DNA of 64,000 bases from Utricularia gibba (lineage: Eukaryota; Plantae; Magnoliophyta), in NCBI GenBank assembly GCA_002189035.1, contig NEEC01000004.1:2666001-2730000 (forward strand), given 5' to 3'. This document shows, in pieces, positions 12,560 to 26,015 of this stretch. Position numbers and translations under genes: made by a program. Within the stretch, counting starts at the first letter, position 1. Each line of letters begins with the position of its first letter. The notes beneath the pieces were generated by a model that did not search any database, was not told the origin of the DNA, and saw nothing but the letters and a program-made list of their open reading frames with translations.

Positions 12560-13566
12560 CCTTAGGGTTATAGCTACTCATACTTTGAAGGTTACGCATG
12601 GTAGCATTAACATAAAATAACGAAAATATAAAGAACATTGTGAAAGAGTTGTGTGTAGAAACTGAAAACATCAACAAACTAAAGTAAAACAATAAGAATT
12701 CAGTTTTCCGTCTGCTACTGTTCCCTGGCCAAAACAGTAGCACTGGACTGGGTTCTAATGCTGTTTTTGAGGGTGAAGTCCTTCTTCTCCTCCCCTGGTT
12801 TGTGTTCTTCGTGTTGGAGTTGGAGGAGAAGCCCCTCGGGTGCTCTCTACGCTCCCCCCAGCTGCTTGTTACCTTCTCTCTCTCCTTCTCGAAAAATATC
12901 TTCCCTCATTTACTCCTACACATTGTTCCTGAAACCAGCACTGTTCTTGGCCTAAACTTGCAGACTGCAGGCAGCAGAACAGTGCTCTTTGTCTCTTCGG
13001 CTGTTGCGCTCTTTTCTACTTGTTCCACATGTTTGTGCATCTGATTCTGTTGCTAATCCTCCTGTTAAACTCAATCAAACATTAGCACAAAGATGGTGGA
13101 CTAAATCGAAAGATTTAGTCCACTTTTCAACATAAACACACAAAATTAACATAAACACCACATAAACATGAAATAGTGACACCATCTTAACAACCCTAAT
13201 TAGAGGGGAACCAAAGATTAGGGGGAAAACAAGAGTCTGGGTAGACCTAGACTTTGTGTGTTAAATATTTGATTTATGATTTGTGTGAGCGTGTTTAGTG
13301 ATAAACATACATTCTCTAGGAGTCCCAAGACATCACCCATTTCATTTCATCGTAGTTCTGCCTTAGTACTAGTTAAAACCAATTATACCAACGTGACATT
13401 GATTCCTTCTATTGACCTTCACATAGCAAACACTTAGCTACTTGTGTTCGACCCTCGTTCACTATGCTCATATTTTTCATATGATTTAATGTGAATTAGG
13501 TTTATAAATTTTATTTGATAGGAGAAATTTGAAAACTAACAACTTGCAAAAATTTTTCATTTATCA
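12560..13566. mobile_element. Rearranged Athila-family LTR fragments (inverted part joined to a direct 3' part)
   Basis: 13170-13566 aligns by eye to 17820-18258 and ends TTTATCA without a PBS. 12560-13130 resembles the minus-strand LTR interior at 42500-42830. Confidence 0.7.
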
Positions 13567-15850
13567 GATCTATTTCTTGTATCAATAGAAAATTGGGTAT
13601 TAATTACATGTATATATAAGTGTAATTTTCAACTACAAAATTTATTTTCATATAGATATTCATTTCCACTATCAATATTATTTCTATTACTAAGTGATTT
13701 AATTTTTATTTTGTTTATCAATTTTATTTGATTTATTATGTGGTTTAATTTTCAACTACACAAAATTAATTTTATTTCAGTCAACCTATTTATATTAACT
13801 ACACATTTATTTAATCAACTTATTCTTTTTATCACCAACGAACACTTTTACTTAGATTACAAATTCAATTATTATAAACTACTAACAAAAATTCATTTAC
13901 ATTTTATTATTACCTATCAATTTATTTGCAATGTAATAACATAACAAGTGATGATCATATTTGTAAGTTATAACAAAATTGTTAATATATTCAAAAGTTA
14001 TTGAATTGAAGTAGTCTCTAATAGAAACCATACTCCAAAGTCAAATACAATAACATTAATCATCCAATTCAATAGGACTAACCGATGCATCCTCCTCTTG
14101 GTTTTCGATAACTAAGGCAGAAACTCTCAAGACATTAGCGAGACCATGATATGCAAGTTCTTGCATCCTTTTTTGTTCAGGAGTCATACTTGCAACATTT
14201 TCCTTTAAAAGCCCATCAGTCAATAATGCCATATATAGTTGATTGAATTGCCACATCCATTCATTCATCTTATCTACACTCATCTTCATTGCTTTGATAT
14301 CAATTCGAAGTCCTGAATATGAAAATTGTTTAGAATTTGATCCAACCACTTTTTTTCCAAGCGTTTATGCTTTGCCATCTTTTGCTTAAAATCATATTCT
14401 TTGAATCCACCCCCTCCTCTTGTAACAATGCGATCAAAACAACCACCAAACTTGTTTTTAGAACACCTTAGACTTATTCATTTTCAGAAAATTGTGTCTT
14501 GTGTACGAGCTCTCTTCACGTTCTGAATCCTTGCTTACATTAAGTCAAGCCAAAACAAAAATGAGCTTATCTTCCTCACATCACCTTTTAGAAACAAACC
14601 TTTATTGAATTCAATCCTCTATTAAGCGCTGAATTGAATTCATTCTAACAATTAATCAGAAACCAACAAAGATCATTGAAAAGAAATTCAACCCCACAAT
14701 AAAACACAATCAAACTTATCTAAACATCAATAGTCCCAGAGTACCCAAACCCCAGGTCAATTTTTGGAAGATTGACCCAAGACTTGAGAGAGGCACATTG
14801 AGTGAGGAAATCTAACTATAGGATGACATATTGTGATTCAAAGTAAATTCAAAAAGCTTCAAACTCAATGGTAACATTCAAATGGCTGGAAGTTGGTCTT
14901 ATTCATTGGGGAATTTTGCCATATTTGTAATAAGCTAGATAAAGAGTCTTCACATGTAAAAAAATTGATTTTCATAACCTCAAGTTTTGAATATATGAAA
15001 GTCTTCATTTCTTCACTGAAAATTCAAATCTCGAACATGGTGAACCCAATATGAATCATATCTTCTAGGGCAACGATTCTAAAATACTCATGTTGTTAAA
15101 TTTCTCTCTTTCGTTCCTGTGCTTCTCATCTCATAACATCAACAGGAGTTCTTCAAAAGGAAAAATTGTGTTTGATGGTCAAAATTACAAGACATGGGTC
15201 AAACGCATGGAAGACATCTGGGATCTACATGATCTATGGAGTGTGTTTGTATGATCTCTCTATTTTGAATGTGAATCAGAGAAGTTCAAGAGATTAGTCA
15301 AAAAGGAAGAAATGATGCTAGGAAAAATAGAGATATCAAAACTTTGAAGCTAATTTGAAAATCTCTCATCTTTGCCAAGTATGGAAAGTTCACTATTTTC
15401 TAAACAACTTACAAATGCTTTCATGCAGCTTCAACTCATGGGTGAGAAAATAGGGGATGAGAGGATCAAGAGAAAAGTAATCAGTGCAGTACCTCGCACG
15501 TATGCCCAAGTCATTTTTTATATTTGAGTCATGAGAATGCTTCATTCCATGATCTTTACAGTCTTCAAGAAGAAGAGATTGAAAATCCTTATGGATAAAT
15601 TATCTTGCAAGACCTAGCATTTCAGGTTTCTGGAAATTCAACTACTATTGGAGTTCAAGGTGGATCAATGACACTCAAAGTGGGTCTAAAAGATTCCATA
15701 TTCCAACAAAACAAACTTGAGAAACAAGGATTGCTACCTCACTGTACCATTTGTGAACAGAAAAATCATATATTTCCTTATTGTTGGTGGCATCCTCAAG
15801 CACTTTGCTCCTACTGCAAGTTGTTAAGTCATTTGGACATGGCGTGTCCC

Positions 15851-17100
15851 TGTTAAGTGTCATTTTCTAGTTGTTTATTAGGTATTATTAGGTGTTAATG
15901 TAGTATTAGGTCACCCAAATTAGGCGTCTTATTGTTAAGTATTTGATTTTATTAGAAATGTCCTCCTTTTCCATTTTGTATATATTTTCTTTGTTTTTTT
16001 TGTGCACTTTGACCGAAACATGTCAGGAGGCAGTCGTGGAGTGTTGCAGGAGTTTGTAGGAGGTCAAACTCTGACTTTCCGTACCTTGCACGCGATTTTG
16101 AATAATTGTGGGCAGAAGACTGATACTAGTCAAGGCCCCTGACTTACAGCATGTCAGAGTCTACAGCAATAATTGAGCACTCACTTGCACGCAAAGAAAA
16201 GTTGGTGGTGCACGCAAGACAGAAGGAATGATGAGAAGGGACCAGAAGGAGTTAATGCAGTGGAGAGTGATATAAAGTCAACTTGGAACACTTATTTTTA
16301 AACTTTTGAACTTTTGACATTATCTTTGTACTTAGAACTTTTGAGTTCTTCCTCTCTACCAAGGGAGGATGAACACTTAGCTTCCATTTTCGTTTTTGTT
16401 TTCATGGTCTTTTGTGCCTATACTCTCTTAGTTTATGAGAGTAGATGAAGTTTACTTCCAAGTCTTAAGCACTAAACTTGGCTCTTTGCTGAATTCAATC
16501 CGAATTTTGCATACATCCACGTGTTTTGTTGCAGTCTTTCTGTAACGACTCCTAGTCATGGTCCATGAGTAGCAGATCACTCCTCGTGGGTCTTGATGAA
16601 GAGGAAGGTGAAGAGCACCAAATCCAACCCTACCGGTTCAAAGGAAGTAGCGAATTGTTCGTGGTCGAGGTACCACGACAATGGACGAATAGTGACCTCG
16701 TACTCGTCACTGGTCATTGACAAAAACTGGCCACACGCATGCAATTCGGTTTTGAAGGCAATCGACGGCAATCCTCTTGTCTTATTGATCGTCCAAGGAG
16801 GAATCACATGAGGCTATTCCCATGCCTCCTTGTCAATAAGACTTTAAGGGAGAGTAGGCTATTCCTTGCTCCTATAACCAGCTATTCAAAAGGAATCAAT
16901 GAAAACCGAGGTGAGGATAGACAAAAGAAGGAAGCGAAATCTCATTCCCAGGAATTACAACTTGTAGTCAAGGTCTATTATTTAGATTATATCTCAACTT
17001 CTTGTACTTGAAAAACCCTCTTTTACAAATCCATGACAATTTGTAAAAGTTTTCTACAAAACACTTTTCGCAAAACTCAACTCCCTGAGATCGATACCCG
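15851..17100. mobile_element. Probable gypsy (Tat/Ogre-like) LTR-derived insertion inside the copia gag
   Basis: Abrupt TGTTAAG start right after the copia zinc knuckle, TGTAACGACTCC at about 16542, LTR-like composition, no recognisable protein. Confidence 0.35.
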
Positions 17101-17102
17101 TA

Positions 17103-18750
17103 TGATAGCACATATTTTTTAGTGGCTCAATGCATGGAATTTACTCATTTTGTGCTACAAAAATTAAGCTTAATTGCCTGTTTCTATATTTTTACACATA
17201 AGTACCGTAGGAGTGCACTTTTAGTCTTAGTTGGGACTAAATCTGTTTCTAACAGTTCCCTTCGAGCAATGCAGCATAAGTCGCAACACAAACCCCAAGA
17301 AGCTGAGTATGAACATTGTGGTAGCAGAAAAGGTGGCAGAAGTCTGAAAAAGAATACACACAAAGTCCAAAGAGGTGAAAAAGGAAGATTTTGAACAAAA
17401 AGGAATAAAGGTGGGGAGAGAAGGGAGATATCCCCTTGGAGCCTCATGAACACATTTTCGGGGGAGAAGGTTTTCTGGGGAGGAAGAAGAAGGAAGACAA
17501 ACAGGAACGAAGCTGAAGTTCAAGATTATTTTCTGTCTTCGAAGAATATTACTCCTAGCTAAGAGTAGCTAGTGACGTTTTTCAGTTTTTGTTGACACTT
17601 CACATTACTTGCTTGTTTGCTTTCTGGTATTTGAGTGTGAAATGAACACACTGTGGGTGATGTTTTCTTTTCCACTTTCGTTTACCTTAAGCATGAGTGG
17701 CTAAGTACTTAGGGGGTGCCTTGGGGTAAAAAGGGGAGAAACATGTTAATCAACCTTTAGATCTAAACAGCCATGAGTCATGCCACTTCCTTAAAAAACC
17801 AGGATAGATCCAGGAGGGGGAAATAGTGAAACCCAACTTAACAACCCTAATTAGAGGTAGACCAAAGATTAGGGGGAAAAACAAGAATCTGGGTAGACCT
17901 GGATCTTATGAGTTAGTCGTATGATTTGTGGTTTGTGTGAGTTTGTTTAGTGATGAGCATACATCCCCTAGGAGTCCCAAGGCATCACCCATTCCATTCT
18001 AGAAACAACTGAACTCTAGAACTTATTACTTTTCTTTACTGTATTTCGTTTTAGTTCTATCTTAGTCCTAGTTAAGACCAATTTTACCAACGTGACATTG
18101 ATTCCTTGCATTGACCTTCACATAGCAAGCACCTAGCTCCTTGTGTTCGACCCTAGTCCATTATGCTCATAATTGTTTAATGCTTGAATGTGTATTAGGT
18201 TATAAATTTATTTGATAGGAAAGTTTACATTTACGATGTGTGAATTTTTCGTTTATCAAATTGGCGCCGTTACCGGGAGTGGTGTTTAATTGTTTTGTGA
18301 TTCGGTTGATGCATTTGCGTTCTTCTGGTGCAGGTGATCTTGTTTTCCATCCAGAAATCGAGAGAACTATCAGCAAGAACCGCACAAGAGTGAGAGAAGC
18401 AGCCAGGTTGAGCAGACTCCCTGCTGTTGCTCAAACTAATTTCAATATGGCAGAATAGGAGAAGACCCTGAATGAGCTTGATGCAGCTGACCACACATAC
18501 AGAGGGCTGTGTATTAGGTACTCTGATGACACAGCCAACGAATTGAAACCAGCTATGATTAATTTTCTGCTCAAGTATTATGGAAAAGTGGGTGAAAACC
18601 CACATGAACATCTTGACAACGTGACTGCTGTTTGCACCTCCTTTAAGAGTGTTGGGATGACTGAGGATGCCATCTGTTTGAGGGCATTCTAATTTACGTT
18701 GGAAGGAAGTGCAAAAACGTGGTACAACTCTTTGAAGCCAAAAAGTAGAG
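17103..18750 (+). mobile_element. Athila-type Ty3/gypsy 5' LTR, PBS and gag fragment
   Basis: LTR TGATAGC..TTTATCA at 17103-18258. PBS TGGCGCCGTTACCGGGA at 18262-18278 (tRNA-Asp type). gag GENPHEHLDNVTAVCTSFKSVGMTEDAICLRAF*FTLEGSAKTWYNSL is truncated at about 18750. Confidence 0.9.
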
Positions 18751-18899
18751 AAAAATAAGGGTTTGGATAAACTTTGCTTATTAGGTGAATAATTTTAGGT
18801 TTGGGTGAGATAGTTGTAGTGATTAGAATGCTACCCTTAGTGTCCCAATGAATCACCTTCTTTTATTTTAGATAAAGATTTGCTTATACTTTTTTATTA

Positions 18900-19110
18900 T
18901 CTTTCTGAATATTATTGTCGAACTGCATTAATCTTAACTTAGACTAAATCTTTTCATTGTGAAATCCACTGAATGCATTGATTTTTATATAACAAGCACC
19001 AGTTCCTTGAGTTTCACCCTAATCACTATGCTCATAATTGTATTATGTTTATAAATTTTATTTAATAGAAGAGTTTGCATTTTAATGATGTGTAAATTTT
19101 TCGTTTATTA
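18900..19110 (+). mobile_element. Further Athila-family LTR 3'-end fragment
   Basis: CACTATGCTCATAATTG..TTATAAATTTTATTT.ATAG..AATTTTTCGTTTAT matches the LTR ends at 13566 and 18258. Confidence 0.65.
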
Positions 19111-20699
19111 ATCGGTGTTCTTCTTTCTTTTATCTATATTATCTTTATCTTTGGCATCCTTGATCTCATTAAAAAGCAACACTAAATTTTTGTTTGTATA
19201 TTAAGAAAGGGACTAACACTAACCTACAAGGCTTTGTAGATTCGCATTTTACAAGGGATGAATAGATTGTTGCTCCACTCTCGGATATTTTTTCCATCTT
19301 GGTTTGGCAATGTTTTCTTGGAATAGCAGGAAATAGGACAATGGATAATCAAGTTGTGTGATGATATGAAGATCAACATTATAATACTTGTGGTCCTAAA
19401 AATAGACAAAACGTCTACTATCAATATAGCTCAAAATCTGGTAGTGTTTGAAAGGAAAAAACATGTCAAACTCAAATATCATGTTCTCAGGGACTACATC
19501 GAAGAAGAATCTATCAAGTTGGACTACGTACTATTAGAGGCGCATGCCGCAGATATCCTGACCAAATGTTTGTTCCCGAAAAATTTCAAAAAAATTCGAA
19601 GCATGCTAGGATTGAGGTTGAATACTTTAGACTTTGAACTAGTATATAAATTCCTTCATTAAGGAGAACAGTGGGTTTGTGAAAAAGGAATTGATTCTAG
19701 CTCCAAGCAACTAGAGGAAGAGTTACACGAAAGTGAAAATTGAGAAAGAATACATGTGAACCTAAGAATTCTCCAAGAATAAGAAAGAGCATGCAGATGG
19801 ATCTAGACTCTTGGTGTTGACAACTTGCTAGTTTAAGCCTTTCAATTGGTGGCCCACTAACCTATAAGATGAAAAGGTGTGACTCAAAGTGCGAAGGACT
19901 TCAAACTCAATAGTAACATTAACAGCTAGAAGTAAATCCTATTAATAGGAGAATTTAGCCATATTTGTAAAAAGCTAGATACAGAGTTTTTATATGTAAG
20001 AAAATTGATTTTCACAATCTTAAGTATGAATACACAAAAGTTCAACATCCAGATCTTCAACAAGGACAACATTGAGTTGGGTATGTGTAATGTGACTAAT
20101 AATTTATTTGGTTAAAAGCTTGATTTAATGAAGGATAAAATTTAGATTTCAATATTTTTGTACGATTAAATATAAATAGATTTTGATAAAATATCCGAAT
20201 TTTAGAGTTCCTGAAATTTGGGCTACTAGACAAGTATTCAATATTAATAAGTATGAAAAAAAGAACATCAATTTTGGAAAATCGAATATTAAAACAAAAT
20301 TTTGAAATTGGAATCAGGGCTGCCAAATCCGAGGAAATTACTTCTCTCACCAAGTATTCGAAAAAATAATTCCAAATCATTACCAACTTTGTCCTTTAGT
20401 GTTCAATTTCCTTCCACATCAACATTTTTTGTTTTTTTACACAAAATTTCACATAAATACAGCCTTATTTTAAAAAAATACATTTAATAATATTTTATAT
20501 TGAAAATTTTAAATATAATATATTACAATACAATTATATTAAAATATGTATATTAACTAACAAATTCAAACATTGCCAATTAAGTACATGCAAAATTATG
20601 TAAGAAAACATATAATAGTTGCATAAGTAATATTATTTGAATTAAAATCCCAAAGTAACAAAAATACATCCACGAAAATATCTTAAATTAAAATTAATC

Positions 20700-23400
20700 A
20701 ACTTTTGATCTTATCTTCAAATGTATATGAGTTAAGTTACTTAAATGATTTTGATCTAACACGATCTTTGATAGTCATTTTTCTTGATGGATTGTGAATA
20801 AGATCAAATAGATATGCACCTCATCCACTCTCATGAATTGATGGATTAAATTGTCTTTTATATATTTTCGCAAGAGTTTTCACTTGATAATATTTTGAAA
20901 TATAAGAACTTGCATTTTCATTGAAGTCCTTGTGCACTTAGGAGAGGAACAACATTAACAATTGTTATGATATTGCAAGTAAAATGATATATAAGAAGAT
21001 AATTCTAACCTGAATAGCTTTTTACTACCACTTTCTATAAGTACATGTCAAATCTGTCAAACAAATAATATAGTAATACTTGTTTTTTTTAGATCATTTG
21101 CTCCAAGATATTACGGTGGCACTCATTTTCTCTACACTATATTTCTTGATTCTATAGTTGGTTGATTTGTCATCACATCTCCTATAAATAGATAGTGAAT
21201 ATGCAGTAAATAATTGTCCACTTTCAATGAGTAAATCAATCTTCGCTTTATATTGGTGAAAATCTTAACATATTGCTCAAAAGTGGCCTTAACAAGAGCT
21301 TTTGGGGCTAATCTTCATGCCCCATGAAAAACACTATTTAGCGATTCAGCTATACTTCTAGTATGCACACTACATCTACAAAAATAAGAATAAAGTTAAG
21401 ATACGTAATAATATGAATAAAATTATTCCATTTCAAGTTTTCTTATTCCATCATCATATGATAATATACATTGCTTTGGATCAATTTCATGAAGACACTC
21501 AAATGCAGCATTTTTGTTTCTCATTTTCTGCATAGCTTTCTAAAACTTTTCTATTTTTGAACCCAAGGTAGCCTCCCAAAATAAATTAACCAAGTGTTTG
21601 GATCTGAAATGAGACATGAAATTTGCACCTAGATGTTGCATACAAAATTTGTAATCTCCTATAGGCTCATTGAGAGCAGGTATATCCTTAATTGTAGATA
21701 ACAATCCGGCACCATGATTAGTAACTAGACAAATACGATGTTCTTTCTCGTATTTAAACAATAGCTTAAAAAACCAATAACATGATTCATAAAATTCTTC
21801 CTCAACAATAGCAAAAGGAAGTGGAATTATAATGCGATAGCCATCAAGTGTGCATGCTATTAGAGGGTGATATCTATATCTTGCATATAGATGTGTTCTA
21901 TCAACACTAATAACCATCCGACAATACCCAAAAGCATGGACGCATGATCAAAAAGCCCAAAATATATGGTGTAGCATTAGCTTGCCATCATTGGAACAAA
22001 GATTCTCATATTCAAATATAGTATATATGATAAAAAAATATGTTAGTAAACAAACATCAATATTTGTAAAAGATAAAATTATAGAAATAACGCCTCGTAT
22101 TTCAATTAGTATAAAGAGAGTCTAACCCTCAAGTTTCAAAATTGCAAAAATGGCACCTCAAGTTGTCAAAACCGTTTAACTAAAACTCAAACAATTTTCA
22201 AAATTTTTAAAAAGTCAACCAAATATGAGAGATTAAGTATGCAACGAATACCTAGAAATGATAAGCTAAAAATGAGTGGTTAAATATATATAAAAAAGAC
22301 CCAAACAATTGTCAAAACCGTTCAATGAAGACCAATTCACATTGGATGAAAAAACAAGTCTTTAACAATAAGAATGACTGAAAACATAACCCTCATGAGT
22401 TCCTGTACCCAAAGTCTAGGTTACACAACAATAGGCCATAATCAATAAAAACACACATAAAAAGCTCAATAATAGAACCCAGCACTTTTTAACTAAAACA
22501 TGACTTCATGACACAAAATTAATGATTCCAATTATCTTCAAGCTTTGGATTGAGGCTAATCTCCAACAAACTCCACTCATTTTTAAAATAATAAAAATGA
22601 ATTACTTGCATTGAATTCCTTAATAGATAACATATAAGAAGAGAACTTTGTCACGATTCCTCCAAGTACCATATATATGCATGATAGCACATCTATATGA
22701 TAAACATCATCAATATCATCAATGACATCAGAAACACGTATCCTTATATTTGCTTTAACCTTGTTCATGATCTGAAGAGACACAAATTTACTAGTAATGC
22801 TATCATTTTTAACAGTTTTGGAACTGTTAGAAAAACAAGTATGAGACCTCTCATATTGTGTCATAGTCCAAAACTGAGTGACACTGTTGTTCCATACTTT
22901 AACACACCATTCACATGCAGACATTGCATTTCGGTTGATACAATTTATTTCATATTACTTGTTGTTGTTCTTCTCAACATGTAAATGCCTTTTCAGCTTT
23001 GTGATATAGTAATAACTCAATGCTTTCTTCATTGAAGTTTTATCTTTAAAGAAAACTCCCTTGCATGGATCACCATTTGTCCCATCAAAGCAATTCCAAG
23101 TCTTCTCAAACTCAACTGTTGTTGGAATTTCCATTGCCACATTGATTTCATAATATCTGCCTTCTGTTTGTTCATCATCACTTGAAGAAAGTAGATATGG
23201 AATAACTTCTTGTATCACTTAATATTCAGCTTGGTCAGTATCATCTTCCACACATAAATGATCTGAATCTCATAATATATCTTCATCACAAGGTGATTCT
23301 GGTGGTGAAGTATTGTGATATATTGGTGAAGTACATGGATTATTATAACTGGTTGATGCTTCTTCAACATTAACTAGAAATAAAAAAAATTATACCATTA
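20700..23400 (-). mobile_element. Second decayed MULE transposase
   Basis: Remnants: FFKDKTSMKKALSYYYI (MuDR), CEWCVKVW..HTC, ISVDRTHLYARYRYHPLIACTLDG..PLPFAIVEEE..FCMQHLGANF (catalytic domain). Stops and frameshifts present. Confidence 0.85.
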
Positions 23401-23784
23401 GCATACTTTAATCATATGAATTCAAAAAATATCATAAATGTAATTTAAAACTAATAATAATAAATGTTATTTGGAATCATATCAACACTTGAAATCATAC
23501 AACTTTGATTAAAAATCAAAGACAAACTATCATCCATTGTTAGATCCATAGCAATCACAATAATGCTAATAAAATACTCAGTTGAAGATAATTACATAAC
23601 TTCATAAATCAACAACAATAGCAAAGAATGGTAGTGGTGAGTCATAACATATACCATTGTTTCCATGAAACAAGTTACATCCCCAGTACAACTGGATCTC
23701 AATAGGAAATGAAGCCATTGAAATTGTGAGAGAAAGAAGAGGAGAAAAAATGATGATATGAGAGGTATTTCATAATATGCTTCG

Positions 23785-24000
23785 TTTTTTAATTTTGAAT
23801 TGGAAAAAAGGTAAAATTCCAAACTTTTCAAAATTTTAATATCAAAATATGAACATATCAGTATTACATGTCTACTATTACTTTGTTTTTGAATTTTGAA
23901 TTGGAAAAAAATATAAATTAATTTAATATTACACCAAACTTTTTTCAAAACTTTAATACTAAAATCTGAACATATCAATGTCACATGTCTATTATTGCAT
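23785..24000. repeat. About 110-bp diverged tandem duplication
   Basis: Two copies of TTTTGAATTGGAAAAAA..CCAAACTTTT..TGAACATATCA...ACATGTCTA.TATT. Confidence 0.7.
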
Positions 24001-24387
24001 TGAACGGATTGCTTATGATATAATATAAAAAGAAATAAATACAATATTCTATTTATATGAATTTTCATGCAAAAAATAAGCATAAAGGGCTTGTTCTGTA
24101 TAACTTCTTGAAATAAATTCTATTTCTCATAAAATGAGTAGTAGTTAAAAAAAAGTAGAATAAGAAGTTATTTTTAAAAAGAAGTAGAATTTATTTTTTA
24201 ACCATGTTCGGTATATTGTAATCTACTTTCAATATCAAATTATCTTATTATCCTTGTCTTATATATATATATATATATTAGAATCATCAATTTTATAACT
24301 TTATTTAATTCTATTTTTATTACAAGTATTAATTCATAATAATACAATAGTGCATATTTAGTAGGCAATTAAAATTGAAATACAATT

Positions 24388-25666
24388 TTATCTAAGTCTC
24401 GTTGAAGAATTACATCCTTGATATGATGCCCACATTTCATTACAAATCGAATTTCTTAATTCATCCATTGGCGTTTCATTCAGTCTTTTATCAAGTTGAT
24501 CTTTAGTGATGGGAAGAGGAGGTTTCCTTTTATATTCATCAAGTCTTGTACCATGATCATCTGCGTCAACTTGTCTCAAGAAGTTGTGAATTGACATGGT
24601 AGCAGAAACAAGCTGCACATGTTTGCTGAAAGGAAAGCTGTGGGAGACATCGTTTATCTTGTGAAATCTATTTTTCCAAATCCCAAAAGATCTTTCAATA
24701 ATGCTTCGCAAAGATGAATGTCGGTAGTTGAATAGTTCTTTCGCACTTTTGAAACCACATGAACGTTGAAAATGATACTTTTGATTGCGATATGGAGCCA
24801 TGTACCCGACCGTATTTCCAAATCCCAAGTCCACAACGTAATATTTACTTAGCATAAAAAACAATAATAAATAATCTTCACAAAAGAGTTATTACAAAAT
24901 GATAGCATGTACCTAATGATGGTTTAGGAAATTGAGAACGATCATCTTCTAAACAATCTCTTAATAGCTTACTATCATGACAAACGCCTTCATTTCCCGC
25001 GAAAACAAAAACAAAACACATCCTAAAATCACATACAGCAAGTATATTTTGTGTAGATACCCCTTTCGTCCGACAAAACGTACTTGATCTTTAGGTGGAA
25101 CTGAAGCTATAATATGCGTTCCATCAATTGCACCAATGCAATCCTTAAACTATGGATAATACCTGGAATCCATTTGCACATAAGGGTCAACTAAAGAATA
25201 TTCATTCGGAGATTTAACCCATACAAGAGACATCCGAACAAAAGCTTTCAAAGCATTTTGGAAAGCTTTGTGAATTGTATCTGCACTATGTTGGAAAAGC
25301 TCTTGCAATGCTCGATTGGTTTTTCTGTGACCTACAGCTTTAAGAAAGATTGCAACTTCTTCTACCGCAATATATTTCCTCTTCTTTCGCCCATATTCAT
25401 TCACCAATAGACCGCAAAATTGAAGAAACATATGAGTGTTCATACGAATGAATTGTAAGCTCGAGAATCATGTCCATTAAGCATATCCAAAGTAAAGACC
25501 ATCCATTGGTAAGACGATTGTTGATGGGTTGCTTCAGTAAGTAGTGGTATTGTGCTATGAGACCCATGATTTGCTCAATCTTTGAAGTATCTCCATCTTC
25601 AAAACCTAAACTTGTTTCTGAAGAACCACTCAACATATCTTCTTCAAAAGATTGTGATGAAGACAT
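24388..25666 (-). pseudogene. Harbinger DDE transposase (HARBI1/DDE_Tnp_4-like), nearly intact
   Basis: ATG at 25666. CIGAIDGTHI..RKGVSTQNILAVCDF..FAGNEGVCHDS, then an intron, then KYYVVDLGF..FNYRHSSLRSIIERSFGIWKNRF. One TAG at 25150 and two 1-base deletions near 25500 and 25446. Confidence 0.9.
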
Positions 25667-25717
25667 TGAGAAGACTTGGTTCAATAGATTAAAAGTTTGG
25701 TTATGTATATATAAGCG

Positions 25718-25957
25718 TCCACTTTAGTTCACAGGCATCCACTTTAGTTCATGAGCATTCATTTTAGTTCACATACATTTACTTTAGTTCACGAGCATCC
25801 ACTTTAGTTCAGGCACATCTACTTTAGTTCACACGCATCCACTTTAATTCACGTGCATTCACTTTGGTTCACAAGCATCCACTTTAGTTTACACGCATCC
25901 ACTTTAATTCACGTGCATTCACTTTGGTTCACAAGCATCCACTTTAGTTCACAAAAA
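25718..25957. repeat. Tandem array of 12 x 20-bp units inside the Harbinger
   Basis: Consensus TCCACTTTAGTTCACNNGCA with exact 20-bp periodicity from 25718 to 25957. Units 7-9 recur nearly identically as units 10-12. Confidence 0.95.
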
Positions 25958-26015
25958 TTGCTTTAAGTTACGAGAAACGATTTAAATAAAAGTATTGTCA
26001 CACGAAAAATGAAAT

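Larger units (their letters stand above)
14817..20050 (+). mobile_element. Ty1/copia element, internally deleted and interrupted by nested insertions
   Basis: Diverged direct repeats at about 14817-15010 and 19861-20050 (LTR remnants). gag N-terminus FDGQNYKTWVKRMEDIWDLHDLW at 15171. Zinc knuckles CTICEQKNH/CSYCKLLSH at 15740-15850. RNaseH end IAQNLVVFERKKHVKLKYHVLRD..ADILTKCL at 19410-19620. Confidence 0.8.

Noticed and set aside
14056-14560. 97-aa minus-strand ORF and adjacent broken frames
   Set aside because: No recognisable domain, stops in the upstream frames, and it sits among TE debris, so no gene or TE class can be supported.
25718-25957. CRISPR-like reading of the 20-bp array
   Set aside because: The variable part is only about 3-5 bp, there are no unique spacers or cas genes, and the context is a plant transposon. 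It is a tandem repeat.
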